Shown here in pieces: positions 1 to 8,847 of a DNA stretch of 48,114 bases. The notes under the pieces were generated by a model that worked only from the letters and a program-made list of their open reading frames with translations, had not been told where the DNA came from and did no database searches. Position numbers and translations under genes: made by a program. Origin of the DNA: a virus; IMG/VR virus record IMGVR_UViG_3300045988_031966. The stretch is one strand, 5' to 3'. The stretch's first letter is position 1. Every line of letters begins with the position of its first letter.

Positions 1-55
1 CACTGCGATAATTTTATGGCAGATGCGTATGGATGCAGCACAGAATACGAGGACG
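1..55. repeat. Terminal direct repeat copy 1 (assembly overlap of a circular genome)
   Basis: Bases 1-55 are identical to bases 48060-48114. The gene string continues sensibly across the junction. Confidence 0.9.
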
Positions 56-100
56 GAGAAGAATGCCAAGACTTTGAGAGTAAAAGGTAGGTGGATAAAG

Positions 101-517
101 ATGGAGAAGGTCACAGTATATAGATGCGATTATTGCGGAAAACTCATCGACACCCCGGAAGAATGTGCGAAACACGAACAGCGACACAGGAATGTCGATG
201 GAGCAAATGAAATGTTGAGAAGCGGGGCAACCTTGGAAGATATCAATCAGAGATATGGAATCTGGTACAGTGTCCCAGAACATTTGAAAAATGTAACAAA
301 AGACCATTGCTTTACAATTTCCTATTGGCAGTGTTGTGATAAACCAGCTTATACCATTGAGGGAATCGACATGGATGGACGATTGTATGTATTCGGAATC
401 GGATCATGGAGCGGCGGGTATGGGTGCGAAGTTCCAATAGACAGCACAAATCTGAAAGAGGTACATTCGCCAGACGAATTGTTCGTTGATTCGAGATACG
501 GAAAGGGCAGGTGGTAA
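101..517 (+). CDS. Hypothetical protein with N-terminal C2H2-like zinc-finger motif
   Basis: ORF 23..517. Internal ATG at 101 follows purine-rich aaaaggtaggtgg. Motif C-x2-C-x12-H-x3-H is present (CDYCGKLIDTPEECAKHEQRH). Confidence 0.55.
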   Translation: MEKVTVYRCDYCGKLIDTPEECAKHEQRHRNVDGANEMLRSGATLEDINQRYGIWYSVPEHLKNVTKDHCFTISYWQCCDKPAYTIEGIDMDGRLYVFGIGSWSGGYGCEVPIDSTNLKEVHSPDELFVDSRYGKGRW

Positions 518-519
518 GA

Positions 520-771
520 ATGAGAAATAACAAGAATCCCAAAAACAAAACTGATGGGAAACTTGGGATAAGCAATCTGATGAAACTCATATACGAGATG
601 CCGCTGCCATTAGTGCTTCGGAATATTGAGCAGAACATAGAATTGCTATCCCAAAGAGGTATTCAAATCCGGGATTGGGATAACAAAGACCGGGTGCTGA
701 CACAGGTACGCATTATCGGTGGAAAAGTATATTTCCTTGCGGCAACAGAACCGGAAGCCAAAAAGGATTAG
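520..771 (+). CDS. Hypothetical protein
   Basis: ORF 511..771. First ATG is at 520, just after the upstream stop (515..517). No motif recognised. Confidence 0.45.
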   Translation: MRNNKNPKNKTDGKLGISNLMKLIYEMPLPLVLRNIEQNIELLSQRGIQIRDWDNKDRVLTQVRIIGGKVYFLAATEPEAKKD

Positions 772-786
772 AAAAGAGGAAACAGC

Positions 787-1293
787 ATGGCAGAGAAGAA
801 AGAGGTCGTGGACGAAAAAGCATTGCAGAAGATATGGATCAAAAGCTACCTCGGACAATATTATTGGGCGAGAAATAAAAAAAGACAACTGGAACGAAGG
901 CTGCAGACATTCAGACAAGAGATGATCGGCACAAAGGGGATGCAATATTCCCCAGTGCCGCACAGCCAGACAAACAGTGTCGGCGATGGACCGGCAAGCA
1001 TGGTCATCCGGGCGATGGAGATAGAGGAACAGATCGAATCGCAGAAAGAACAGATGGCAAATGCCATGCTGAATGTGATGAAGATGATGGACTTTCTCCC
1101 AGCAGAATCGACAGAGCGGATTATACTGGAGTACCGACATATTGACTGTTTGAGTTGGAAGCAGATCGCAAGGGAGATGAACTACTCAAGGGCATCGTGT
1201 AACAATTATTACAATGCAGGAATTGAGAAACTGCTGACTTTCAAGAAGGTGCAGAAAATGTTAGAAGAATACTGTGAAATAAATGCCTCCTAA
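787..1293 (+). CDS. Putative late-gene transcriptional activator, sigma-70 region-4-like (ArpU/RinA/DUF1492-type)
   Basis: 168 aa. The C-terminal segment ERIILEYRHIDCLSWKQIAREMNYSRASCNNYYNAGIEKL looks like a sigma region-4 HTH. The location is typical of phage late activators. Confidence 0.5.
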   Translation: MAEKKEVVDEKALQKIWIKSYLGQYYWARNKKRQLERRLQTFRQEMIGTKGMQYSPVPHSQTNSVGDGPASMVIRAMEIEEQIESQKEQMANAMLNVMKMMDFLPAESTERIILEYRHIDCLSWKQIAREMNYSRASCNNYYNAGIEKLLTFKKVQKMLEEYCEINAS

Positions 1294-1316
1294 CCCCACT
1301 GAAGACTTGGAATTGC

Positions 1317-1344
1317 TTGACTTCGGATAGGGGGGGGGTAGAAT
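1317..1344 (+). promoter_or_regulatory. Sigma-70-like promoter with a G9 tract inside the spacer
   Basis: TTGACT (1317..1322), a 16-nt spacer ending in nine G (1330..1338), then TAGAAT (1339..1344). A second candidate TTGTAT-N17-TAGAAT lies at 1344..1372, with palindrome TAACAATtttATTGTTA (1350..1366) in its spacer. Confidence 0.45.
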
Positions 1345-1409
1345 TGTATTAACAATTTTATTGTTATAGAATACCCTCCCCACCGGGGAAACAAAGGAGG
1401 AATGCGGAA

Positions 1410-2171
1410 TTGTTATTTTCTATTTTAGGACGCTTATTTGGGAGAACGGATGAAAACAAAAAGCGAAAGACATTTAGACCTTTGGGAGCACCAATTCCAA
1501 ACGATATCATCTGCGACAGATACAGAGTTAAGGGGAAATATCCGGGAACTGGGCGAATGCGAACCACAGAGATCATTGCATGGGATCAGGCTTCGGATGA
1601 GGAAATCTTAAAGATGGCAGGATTTGTAGAGCCATACGAGATTGAGAGGATTGGACTGGACAGACCTACAGAAAGGCAAGTGGCATATGCGAGAGATTTG
1701 GGAATTCTTGTGCCAAGCGATGCAAGTAAGGACGATGTTAGTATTTTAATATCACGAGCACTGGAACATTACCCAATTCGACAGAATAAAGCACCAAAGA
1801 AAATACTGGAAATTTTAATCAAAAAAATGGGGGTTTACATTCCAACATACGCAGGCGAAAGGGAAATGAATTTCTGGTATCTGATTACATTGAAAACAGC
1901 CGAAGAACGGTATGCTTATTTTGCCATGAAAGTTTACGCCCAAAATACTGGGAAAAATTATCGCTTTATTCACGAAGCGACCGCTGCAGAGCAGGAAAAA
2001 TTTTATGCATTTGCAAGAAAATATAAGGATGATAAATCATTCGTACAATCTTACGAAAGATATAATCAGTTAAGCGAAAGATACAATTATTCGGAGATTA
2101 CGATAACCGGAGAAGTCCGGCGGCAATTAAAGGCGTATAAATTGGCAAGCGATTTTTTCAGCGAAAATTAG
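1410..2171 (+). CDS. Hypothetical protein (accessory/moron-like)
   Basis: 253-aa ORF. TTG start lies 9 nt after aaaggagg (1393..1400). No family recognised. Confidence 0.6.
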   Translation: MLFSILGRLFGRTDENKKRKTFRPLGAPIPNDIICDRYRVKGKYPGTGRMRTTEIIAWDQASDEEILKMAGFVEPYEIERIGLDRPTERQVAYARDLGILVPSDASKDDVSILISRALEHYPIRQNKAPKKILEILIKKMGVYIPTYAGEREMNFWYLITLKTAEERYAYFAMKVYAQNTGKNYRFIHEATAAEQEKFYAFARKYKDDKSFVQSYERYNQLSERYNYSEITITGEVRRQLKAYKLASDFFSEN

Positions 2172-2466
2172 AGAATAAAAACCAAGGGGAAAATACACAC
2201 CCCGACCAAAGGCATACACATACACAGGGCAGTATAATACCCCATATTGCAGAGGGGTAGTGCAAGCTACACGAACCAGAGAAGCAAGGGTACGGGGCAC
2301 ATACAGTGACCAAGACATAGGCAGACAGAGCACACAGAGAGCAGAGTGCAAGGCTCACTGACCACAGCCACAGCGCAGTCACTCACGCACAAGACATGAT
2401 CAGAACCAAGAGAGTGGAGAGATTAGATAAGTCTGTACACAATTAGACATTTATATGTGCTAAGAT

Positions 2467-2574
2467 GATAGCGTGGAGTAAAAGGGAGCGGAGCAGTAGG
2501 CTCGCCCCAACCACTTCGCTTGCTCCCCTCAGAGAGGACACACTAAGACATCAGTCAAGGAGGTGTCCTCTTTT
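2467..2574 (+). ncRNA. Candidate small RNA (tentative)
   Basis: Extended -10-like TGcTAAGAT at 2458..2466. Downstream hairpin GAGGACAC(2534..2541)/GTGTCCTC(2563..2570) is followed by TTTT. No ORF lies between them. Confidence 0.25.
2534..2574 (+). terminator. Intrinsic-terminator-like hairpin plus T-run
   Basis: Perfect 8-bp stem gaggacac/gtgtcctc (extendable with A-T and G-T pairs), a 21-nt loop, then tttt. The large loop lowers confidence. Confidence 0.4.
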
Positions 2575-2704
2575 AGTTTGATGAAGTGAAGAAAAGTCGT
2601 AGGTACTACTGAGAGGGATGGACAACTACGGCACGGGGAAGGTCCAGCTTTTACCCCGATAATATCAAAAAAATTTTTAGCATTTCGTTACGCAAGGAGG
2701 CAGT

Positions 2705-3076
2705 ATGATGGAAGAAATATTCGAAAATAGGGCAAAAGAAGCGAAGGATGGAGAAGAACTCAGCATCGTATCAGATGCCACGACAGAGAATTTCAATAAA
2801 ATCACAATGCACTTGCTGAAATGGATAGGACGAATAGCAGATTTCATCATGAAAGAAAAATGCTTTCGGCTCGTAGTAGAGTACGAACCGAAAGCTGAGA
2901 TTGTCCAGATTTCATTTTATGAGAAATCTGAAAAGATGGATAGCACCGAAGAATTCATTGCAAGGGTTAAAGAGCACTTTAGAAGTGAAGAAAATAAAAA
3001 ATTTATTGATCACTTTCGAGAGTGTTGTCGTGTAGCCAATCATGATACATCTGTAAAAGTTTCAGAGAAATCATAA
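2705..3076 (+). CDS. Hypothetical protein
   Basis: 123-aa ORF with strong RBS caaggaggcagtATG. The protein composition looks plausible. Confidence 0.65.
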   Translation: MMEEIFENRAKEAKDGEELSIVSDATTENFNKITMHLLKWIGRIADFIMKEKCFRLVVEYEPKAEIVQISFYEKSEKMDSTEEFIARVKEHFRSEENKKFIDHFRECCRVANHDTSVKVSEKS

Positions 3077-3182
3077 ATGGTTCACGCTCCTTTAACGATC
3101 CAGAAGCATTGGAAGCACTCGTGACAATAGTATCAACCGTTTCAGAATCAAGACGGTTGATGAAATCTTGGAAATCTTTCAT
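3003..3182 (-). CDS. Small hypothetical protein on the opposite strand (tentative)
   Basis: ORF 3003..3233 (-). Internal ATG at 3182 lies 10 nt after GGGAGG. Its 3' end overlaps the convergent gene 2705..3076 by 74 nt. Confidence 0.3.
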   Translation of the reverse strand: MKDFQDFINRLDSETVDTIVTSASNASGSLKEREPFMISLKLLQMYHDWLHDNTLESDQ

Positions 3183-3272
3183 ATCTTTGACACCTCCCTT
3201 CGTCAGATTTTCAACAGGTGGTACTGCTGACAAGGGAGATTATAACAGAAAGCACAGAAAGGGGGAATCTGA

Positions 3273-4637
3273 ATGGATCAGAAACTGAAAACAGAACGCA
3301 GAAAACTGGCTGACTTAAAGGCAGCCGAATACAATCCACGAAAGGCACTAACCCCGGACGATGCGGAATACCAGAAAATAAAACGTAGCATTGAGGAATT
3401 CGGGTACGTTGATCCTATCATCATAAACGAAGATGGAACAATCATCGGAGGACACCAGAGAACAACGGTACTCATGGACTTAGGGTATGAGGAAGTCGAT
3501 GTCGTTGTGGTGGATCTGGACAAGCAGAGGGAAAAGGCTCTGAACATCGCACTGAATAAAATCACTGGCGAATGGGATGAGTTGAAGTTGAAAGACTTGC
3601 TGCTTGACCTTGACCTCGGAGATTTTGACATATCGCTGACAGGTTTTGAGCAGGACGACCTCACGGAACTGGTGGACAAACTCGCAGTAGAGCCGGAAGC
3701 AGTGGACGATGACTTCGATGCAGAGGAAGCATTGGAGCAGGCAACAGAACCAACTACAAAGCCGGGCGACATTTGGATACTGGGCCGGCACAGACTCATG
3801 TGTGGCGACAGCACTTCGCAGGAAGATATGGCGGTTCTGATGAATGGGGAGATTGCAGACCTTGTTGTCACGGACCCACCATACAATGTCAATTATGGCG
3901 ATAAAGCAGAAATGCTCGACGAGTACCTGCCGGGGAAAGGACACCGGAATATCAATCACATTAAAAACGACAACATGGACAACCAGAGTTTCTATGCGTT
4001 TTTACTGGCAACCTATCAGAGTGCCTATGAATTTATGAGAGCCGGAGCGGCAATCTATGTATTCCATGCAGAGAGCACCGGGCATATTTTCAGACAAGCA
4101 TTCCTTGATGCCGGATTGAAACTCGCCCAGTGTCTGATATGGGAAAAGAACTCTTTTGTGCTCGGCAGACAGGACTACCAGTGGCGACACGAACCATGTC
4201 TGTACGGATGGAAAGAAGGAGCCGCCCATTACTTCATCAATGACCGAACGCAGGATACGGTCATTCTGGAGGATGATATAGATTTCAGTGCCATGAAGAA
4301 AAATGACCTTGTGGCATATCTGGAAGAACTCCGCAGAAAGTATCAGAACCAGACGTCCGTCATTTATGAGAACAAGCCGACAAGGAATGACATCCACCCG
4401 ACCATGAAGCCAGTGGCACTGATTGGAAAACTTGTAACCAATTCCAGTAAGTCCGGGTGGAATGTTCTGGATTTATTCGGAGGCAGCGGCAGCACCCTCA
4501 TGGCCGCAGAGCAACTGGGAAGGACAGCCTTCATCATGGAACTGGATGAACGGTTCTGTGATGTGATTGTAAAGCGGTGGGAAGAATACACCGGGCAGCA
4601 GGCTGTCAGAATCCCGGCATCCGAGGTAGGATTGTAG
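3273..4637 (+). CDS. ParB-like nuclease domain fused to an N6A/N4C DNA methyltransferase
   Basis: N-terminal ParB-type box (YNPR ... IIGGHQR). Catalytic TDPPYNV is followed near the C-terminus by the AdoMet motif LDLFGGSGSTLMAAEQLGR. Confidence 0.85.
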   Translation: MDQKLKTERRKLADLKAAEYNPRKALTPDDAEYQKIKRSIEEFGYVDPIIINEDGTIIGGHQRTTVLMDLGYEEVDVVVVDLDKQREKALNIALNKITGEWDELKLKDLLLDLDLGDFDISLTGFEQDDLTELVDKLAVEPEAVDDDFDAEEALEQATEPTTKPGDIWILGRHRLMCGDSTSQEDMAVLMNGEIADLVVTDPPYNVNYGDKAEMLDEYLPGKGHRNINHIKNDNMDNQSFYAFLLATYQSAYEFMRAGAAIYVFHAESTGHIFRQAFLDAGLKLAQCLIWEKNSFVLGRQDYQWRHEPCLYGWKEGAAHYFINDRTQDTVILEDDIDFSAMKKNDLVAYLEELRRKYQNQTSVIYENKPTRNDIHPTMKPVALIGKLVTNSSKSGWNVLDLFGGSGSTLMAAEQLGRTAFIMELDERFCDVIVKRWEEYTGQQAVRIPASEVGL

Positions 4638-4638
4638 A

Positions 4639-5196
4639 GTGGCAGAAGAACAGGGCGGCAGCTTTTACCGGGTAGAGGTTATCGCTTCTTTGTTCGGAGT
4701 CAGCGTGCGGAGGGTGCAGCAGTTGACGCAGGAAGGCATCATAGCAACCACACGGACAAAGGAGGGCAATCGTTATGAGTTAGTACCGACCATTCAGCGG
4801 TATGTGAAATACCTTTCGGACAAGGCATACGGAAAGAGCAAATCTGAAAAAGAAGCAGAACTCCGGGAACAGAAACTGCAGGCAGAAATCGCACTGAAGG
4901 AATCGCAGGGAGAGATGCACCGATTAAAGACGGAAATCGCATCGGGTAAGTACATCGACATTGAAGAAGTGAAGATGGACTATAGCCGATTTTTTGTTTC
5001 GTTCAAGAAGTTCGCTCTTTCCTTGCCGAGCAGGCTCTCTGGAAGAATCAGCGGATACTGTGATCCGATGGAAGTCCGCTCCATAGAAAAGGATTTGAAT
5101 GCAGAGATTATTCGGTTGATGGACAGCTTCGTGGTGGCAGGCTGCACACCGGAAGAAATGGAGAAGAAAAAGCGTGGCAAGAAATCCGTTTCGTAG
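4639..5196 (+). CDS. terS: Terminase small subunit (positional call)
   Basis: 185 aa. GTG start lies 1 nt after the upstream stop. HTH-like N-terminus (GVSVRRVQQLTQEGII), then a coiled-coil. The 3' end overlaps terL. Confidence 0.55.
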   Translation: MAEEQGGSFYRVEVIASLFGVSVRRVQQLTQEGIIATTRTKEGNRYELVPTIQRYVKYLSDKAYGKSKSEKEAELREQKLQAEIALKESQGEMHRLKTEIASGKYIDIEEVKMDYSRFFVSFKKFALSLPSRLSGRISGYCDPMEVRSIEKDLNAEIIRLMDSFVVAGCTPEEMEKKKRGKKSVS

Positions 5197-7006
5197 GTAC
5201 GAGGTAACCGAGTATCAGAAGGAAGCCTTAAAATTCCTCAAACCACCAGAGGACATCACGGTATCGGAATGGGCAGACAAGTACCGCATACTGGACGCAA
5301 AGACATCGGCAATGCCTGGACCGTGGAGAACAGAGCAGACTCCATACCTAAAAGGCATTATGGACGAATTCAACAACTACGAAACAGAGGAAATCGTCTA
5401 TATTAAGCCAACGCAGGTCGGTGGAACAGAGTGCCTCCAGAACATGGCAGGGTACATCATTCAGCAGGACCCCGCTCCTACCATGATTGTATATCCAACA
5501 GACAAACTTGCGGAATCCATATCAGAGAACCGTCTGCAGCCGATGATAAAGGCGGCACCGACACTGAAAAAGCGGTTTCTTGAAAACGAATCGTCAAAAC
5601 TGGAATTACAGTTTGATGGGATGTATCTGACACTGGCAGGTTCAAACTCCCCATCAAGCCTTGCGAGTAAGGCGATCCGTTTCTTATTTCTTGATGAGGT
5701 GGATAAGTATCCGGGGGCATCCAAAAAGGAAGCGGACCCGATCAGCCTTGCAAGAGAGAGAACCAAGACGTTCCATAACCGGAAGATATTTATAACAAGT
5801 ACCCCGACTTTAAAAACCGGGCACATCTGGAAAGCCAAAGAAGATGCGGACATCGAAAAACATTTTTTTGTACCATGTCCGCACTGTGGGGAGTATATCG
5901 AATTTAAGTGGAAGCAGGTACACTTCCCGAAAGAAGAAGGTATGAGTCTTGCAGACCGGGCAGAATTCGCATCGTATGTCTGCCAAGAATGCGGCTGCGT
6001 GATCACAGACCAAGACAAGCCGGATATGCTCCGGCTCGGGGAATGGAGAACGGTAAAACAGAATACCAAATTTGTCCGCAAGGTCGCATTTTGGATGAAC
6101 ACGCTGTATTCCCCATTTGTCCGATTTTCTGAGGTGGTCAAGGAATTCCTTAAAAGCAAGGATGATCCGGAGCAGCTTCAGAACTTCGTCAACTCATGGC
6201 TCGCAGAACCATGGGAGGATACAAAATTAAAGACCAATGCCGATCTTGTACTGGAAAGACAGACCGAATATGAAGAACTGGTAGTGCCGGATTGGGCAAA
6301 GATGCTCACAGGTGGTGTCGATGTACAGGAAAATTGTCTGTACTGGACAATTAGGGCATGGGGAAGCTACCTCACAAGCCAAAACATCGCGCATGGACAG
6401 GCATTCTCATTCCAAGAGGTTGAGAGAGTGATGAATCTCGAATATCAGATGCCGGATGGAACGCCAATGGTAGTCGCACTTGCACTGATAGACTCTGGAT
6501 ATAATGCGGATCTTGTATATGATTTCTGCGTAAGCAATTCCGACTGGGCATTGCCAAGCAAGGGGTCATCAAATCCAATGCTTTCGCACTATAAAATGAG
6601 TACTGTGAACAAGACAGACAGCCGGGCATTCGGAATGAACCTAGTGCTCGTAGATACAGGAAAGTACAAAGACATGATTGCAGGTCGTATGAAAAAAAAG
6701 AATGGCAGCGGATCATGGATGGTTTATGCAGGATGCGACCGGGAATACGCAGAGCAGGTTACTGCAGAACATAAGGTCAATGTAAAAATGGGAAATGGAA
6801 AAGTAAAGCAAGAATGGCAGCTTAAAACTTCACATGCGGACAACCACTACCTTGATTGTGAGGTATATGCACTGGCGGCGGCTGATGCACTTGGAGTCAG
6901 AAGCTTGTACTTGAATGATGTTAAGGAAGAACCACAGGTAAAACAGGAAAAACAATATGCACCAGAGGAATCGTGGATCAGCCAACACGAAGGAAACTGG
7001 GTATAA
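5174..7006 (+). CDS. terL: Terminase large subunit, lambda GpA-like
   Basis: 610 aa. Walker-A-like KPTQVGGTE and Walker-B-like FLFLDEVD are present. It is followed by gpW-like and lambda-type portal genes. Confidence 0.85.
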   Translation: MARNPFRRYEVTEYQKEALKFLKPPEDITVSEWADKYRILDAKTSAMPGPWRTEQTPYLKGIMDEFNNYETEEIVYIKPTQVGGTECLQNMAGYIIQQDPAPTMIVYPTDKLAESISENRLQPMIKAAPTLKKRFLENESSKLELQFDGMYLTLAGSNSPSSLASKAIRFLFLDEVDKYPGASKKEADPISLARERTKTFHNRKIFITSTPTLKTGHIWKAKEDADIEKHFFVPCPHCGEYIEFKWKQVHFPKEEGMSLADRAEFASYVCQECGCVITDQDKPDMLRLGEWRTVKQNTKFVRKVAFWMNTLYSPFVRFSEVVKEFLKSKDDPEQLQNFVNSWLAEPWEDTKLKTNADLVLERQTEYEELVVPDWAKMLTGGVDVQENCLYWTIRAWGSYLTSQNIAHGQAFSFQEVERVMNLEYQMPDGTPMVVALALIDSGYNADLVYDFCVSNSDWALPSKGSSNPMLSHYKMSTVNKTDSRAFGMNLVLVDTGKYKDMIAGRMKKKNGSGSWMVYAGCDREYAEQVTAEHKVNVKMGNGKVKQEWQLKTSHADNHYLDCEVYALAAADALGVRSLYLNDVKEEPQVKQEKQYAPEESWISQHEGNWV

Positions 7007-7018
7007 AGGAGGCAGAAC

Positions 7019-7249
7019 ATGGCAGCAGAGAATAACCTCACAACCGCAGGAATGCTTGATGAAGTCAATAAAGCAATTTATGCGGTGCTTGTGGGCGGCC
7101 AGTCCTACAAGATAGGCTCAAGGCAACTGAGCCGAGCAGATTTGAAACTGCTCTATGACATGAAGAATGACCTCACAGCACAGATCGCAGCACAAGGGGA
7201 GTCCAGTCTTCTGGACGACACATTCGTTGCGGTATTTGAAGGGAGGTAA
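7019..7249 (+). CDS. Head-tail joining protein, gpW-like
   Basis: 76 aa, located between terL and portal as in lambda. The size and helix-hairpin-like sequence fit gpW. Confidence 0.5.
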   Translation: MAAENNLTTAGMLDEVNKAIYAVLVGGQSYKIGSRQLSRADLKLLYDMKNDLTAQIAAQGESSLLDDTFVAVFEGR

Positions 7250-7254
7250 CAACC

Positions 7255-8847
7255 ATGAACTGGTTAGATGGAATCATCGGGTTCTTCTCCCCGGAGCGTG
7301 GGGCACGCAGGGAAGCATGGCGGCAGAGCCTGCAGGAGATGAGGAACTACGATGCCGGGAATTATGACCGGGGCAATGCAAACTGGCGGGTTATGAACCA
7401 GTCAGCAGAGTTCACAGATCGATACAGCCGGGATAATGTCCGGGCAAGGGCAAGGGATCTGGAACGGAATTCCGACATGATGAATTCAGTCATCGGGGCA
7501 TACACAAGGAATGTCATCGGAGGCGGGTATATCCTGCAGCCGAAAACCAAAAGCGATAAGCTGAACGACACTTTGCTGACAGCGTGGAAGAAATGGTGTA
7601 AAAAGCAGAATTGCGATGTAACAGGCACGCAGTCTTTCACGCAGATGATGCGGATGTGTATTCAGAGAAAAAAGATTGATGGAGGAATTCTCATCGTAAA
7701 AAGATACACAAAAGACGGATTTATTCCGTTCAAACTTCAGACATTCGAAGTGGATGAACTGGATGACTCTCAGATGCTGCCAAAGAAGAAAGGCAATAAA
7801 GTCGTAGGTGGCATTGAAATGAACGAATACAATAAACCGATGGGGTACTGGATCAGACAATACAGTATCGATGGAATGGCACTCTCGCAGCCGATATGGG
7901 TGGATGCGAAAGATGTCATTTTTTTATACACAAAACGCAGACCATCACAGGTGCGAGAAATGTCCGACATGAGTCCGACCATTACCAGAATCCGTGACGC
8001 AAACGAATTCATGGTAGCAGTATCGGTCAAAGAAAGGATTGCCGCCTGTCTTTCGGTGTTCATCAAGAAAGTGCTGCCCACAACCGGAATCGGAAGAACA
8101 GGAGCACCGCCAGTGCAGCATGAATCCTACCAAGGAAAGACCATCACACCCGGTATGATTAAGGAGCTGAATGCCGGAGATGAAATTCAAGTGGTCAATC
8201 CGACCGGGCAGGCGACTGACGCAGCAAGCTATATTAAACTGCAGCAAAGGCTTGTCGGAGCAGGGCAGGGTATCAGTTATGAAGCCACAAGCCGGGATAT
8301 GTCGGAGAGCAACTACTCATCCACCAGACAGGGCATTATCGAAGATGAGATGACCTACGCAGCGGAAAAAGAACTGCTGATGGAAGTCATGGATGAGGTG
8401 TATGAAACCTTTGTTATATCGATGTGGCTCGCCGGACTGATTGACGCAAAGGACTTCTGGGATAAAAAGGATGAGTACATGGATCACGCATGGGTGGCAG
8501 CACCGAAGAAATGGATTGATCCACAGAAGGAAGCCAATGCAAATAAGATTGCACTGAACACAGGGCAGAAAACATTCAAGCAGATCGCCGCTGAACAGGG
8601 TCGTGACTGGAAAGAACAGATTGACGAGATGGCAGAGGTTCTGGAGTACGCAAAGGACAAAGGTATTGACTTAGGAGGTGTGATTTTTGACCAGACAGCA
8701 GCAGAACTCTACGAGGATGAGGACGATAAGAAAGCCAACCTCGCTGACGAGGGTACAGGAAACCAAACCGGAGAAGAAAATGACGACTCCGGCACAGGGA
8801 AAACAGAGGGCGAAAGCCAAACAGATGACGAGGGAACTGACAGTTAA
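7255..8847 (+). CDS. Portal protein (lambda family-like)
   Basis: 530 aa, immediately after the gpW-like gene. It has an acidic low-complexity C-terminal tail. Position and size fit a portal. Confidence 0.8.
   Translation: MNWLDGIIGFFSPERGARREAWRQSLQEMRNYDAGNYDRGNANWRVMNQSAEFTDRYSRDNVRARARDLERNSDMMNSVIGAYTRNVIGGGYILQPKTKSDKLNDTLLTAWKKWCKKQNCDVTGTQSFTQMMRMCIQRKKIDGGILIVKRYTKDGFIPFKLQTFEVDELDDSQMLPKKKGNKVVGGIEMNEYNKPMGYWIRQYSIDGMALSQPIWVDAKDVIFLYTKRRPSQVREMSDMSPTITRIRDANEFMVAVSVKERIAACLSVFIKKVLPTTGIGRTGAPPVQHESYQGKTITPGMIKELNAGDEIQVVNPTGQATDAASYIKLQQRLVGAGQGISYEATSRDMSESNYSSTRQGIIEDEMTYAAEKELLMEVMDEVYETFVISMWLAGLIDAKDFWDKKDEYMDHAWVAAPKKWIDPQKEANANKIALNTGQKTFKQIAAEQGRDWKEQIDEMAEVLEYAKDKGIDLGGVIFDQTAAELYEDEDDKKANLADEGTGNQTGEENDDSGTGKTEGESQTDDEGTDS

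Noticed and set aside
1-55. Terminal repeat, considered as a biological direct terminal repeat of the virion DNA
   Set aside because: An exact 55-bp length is typical of an assembler k-mer overlap, and the terminase is the lambda GpA (cos) type. I treated it as a circularisation artefact.
2127-2382. Two overlapping 74-aa Cys-rich minus-strand ORFs
   Set aside because: They exist only because the + strand is about 10% T here, so minus-strand stops are rare. The Cys/Leu-rich sequences are implausible and lack an RBS.
5461-6159. 232-aa minus-strand ORF inside the terminase large subunit
   Set aside because: It is antisense to a motif-supported terL, with no RBS and an odd Ser/Cys-rich composition.
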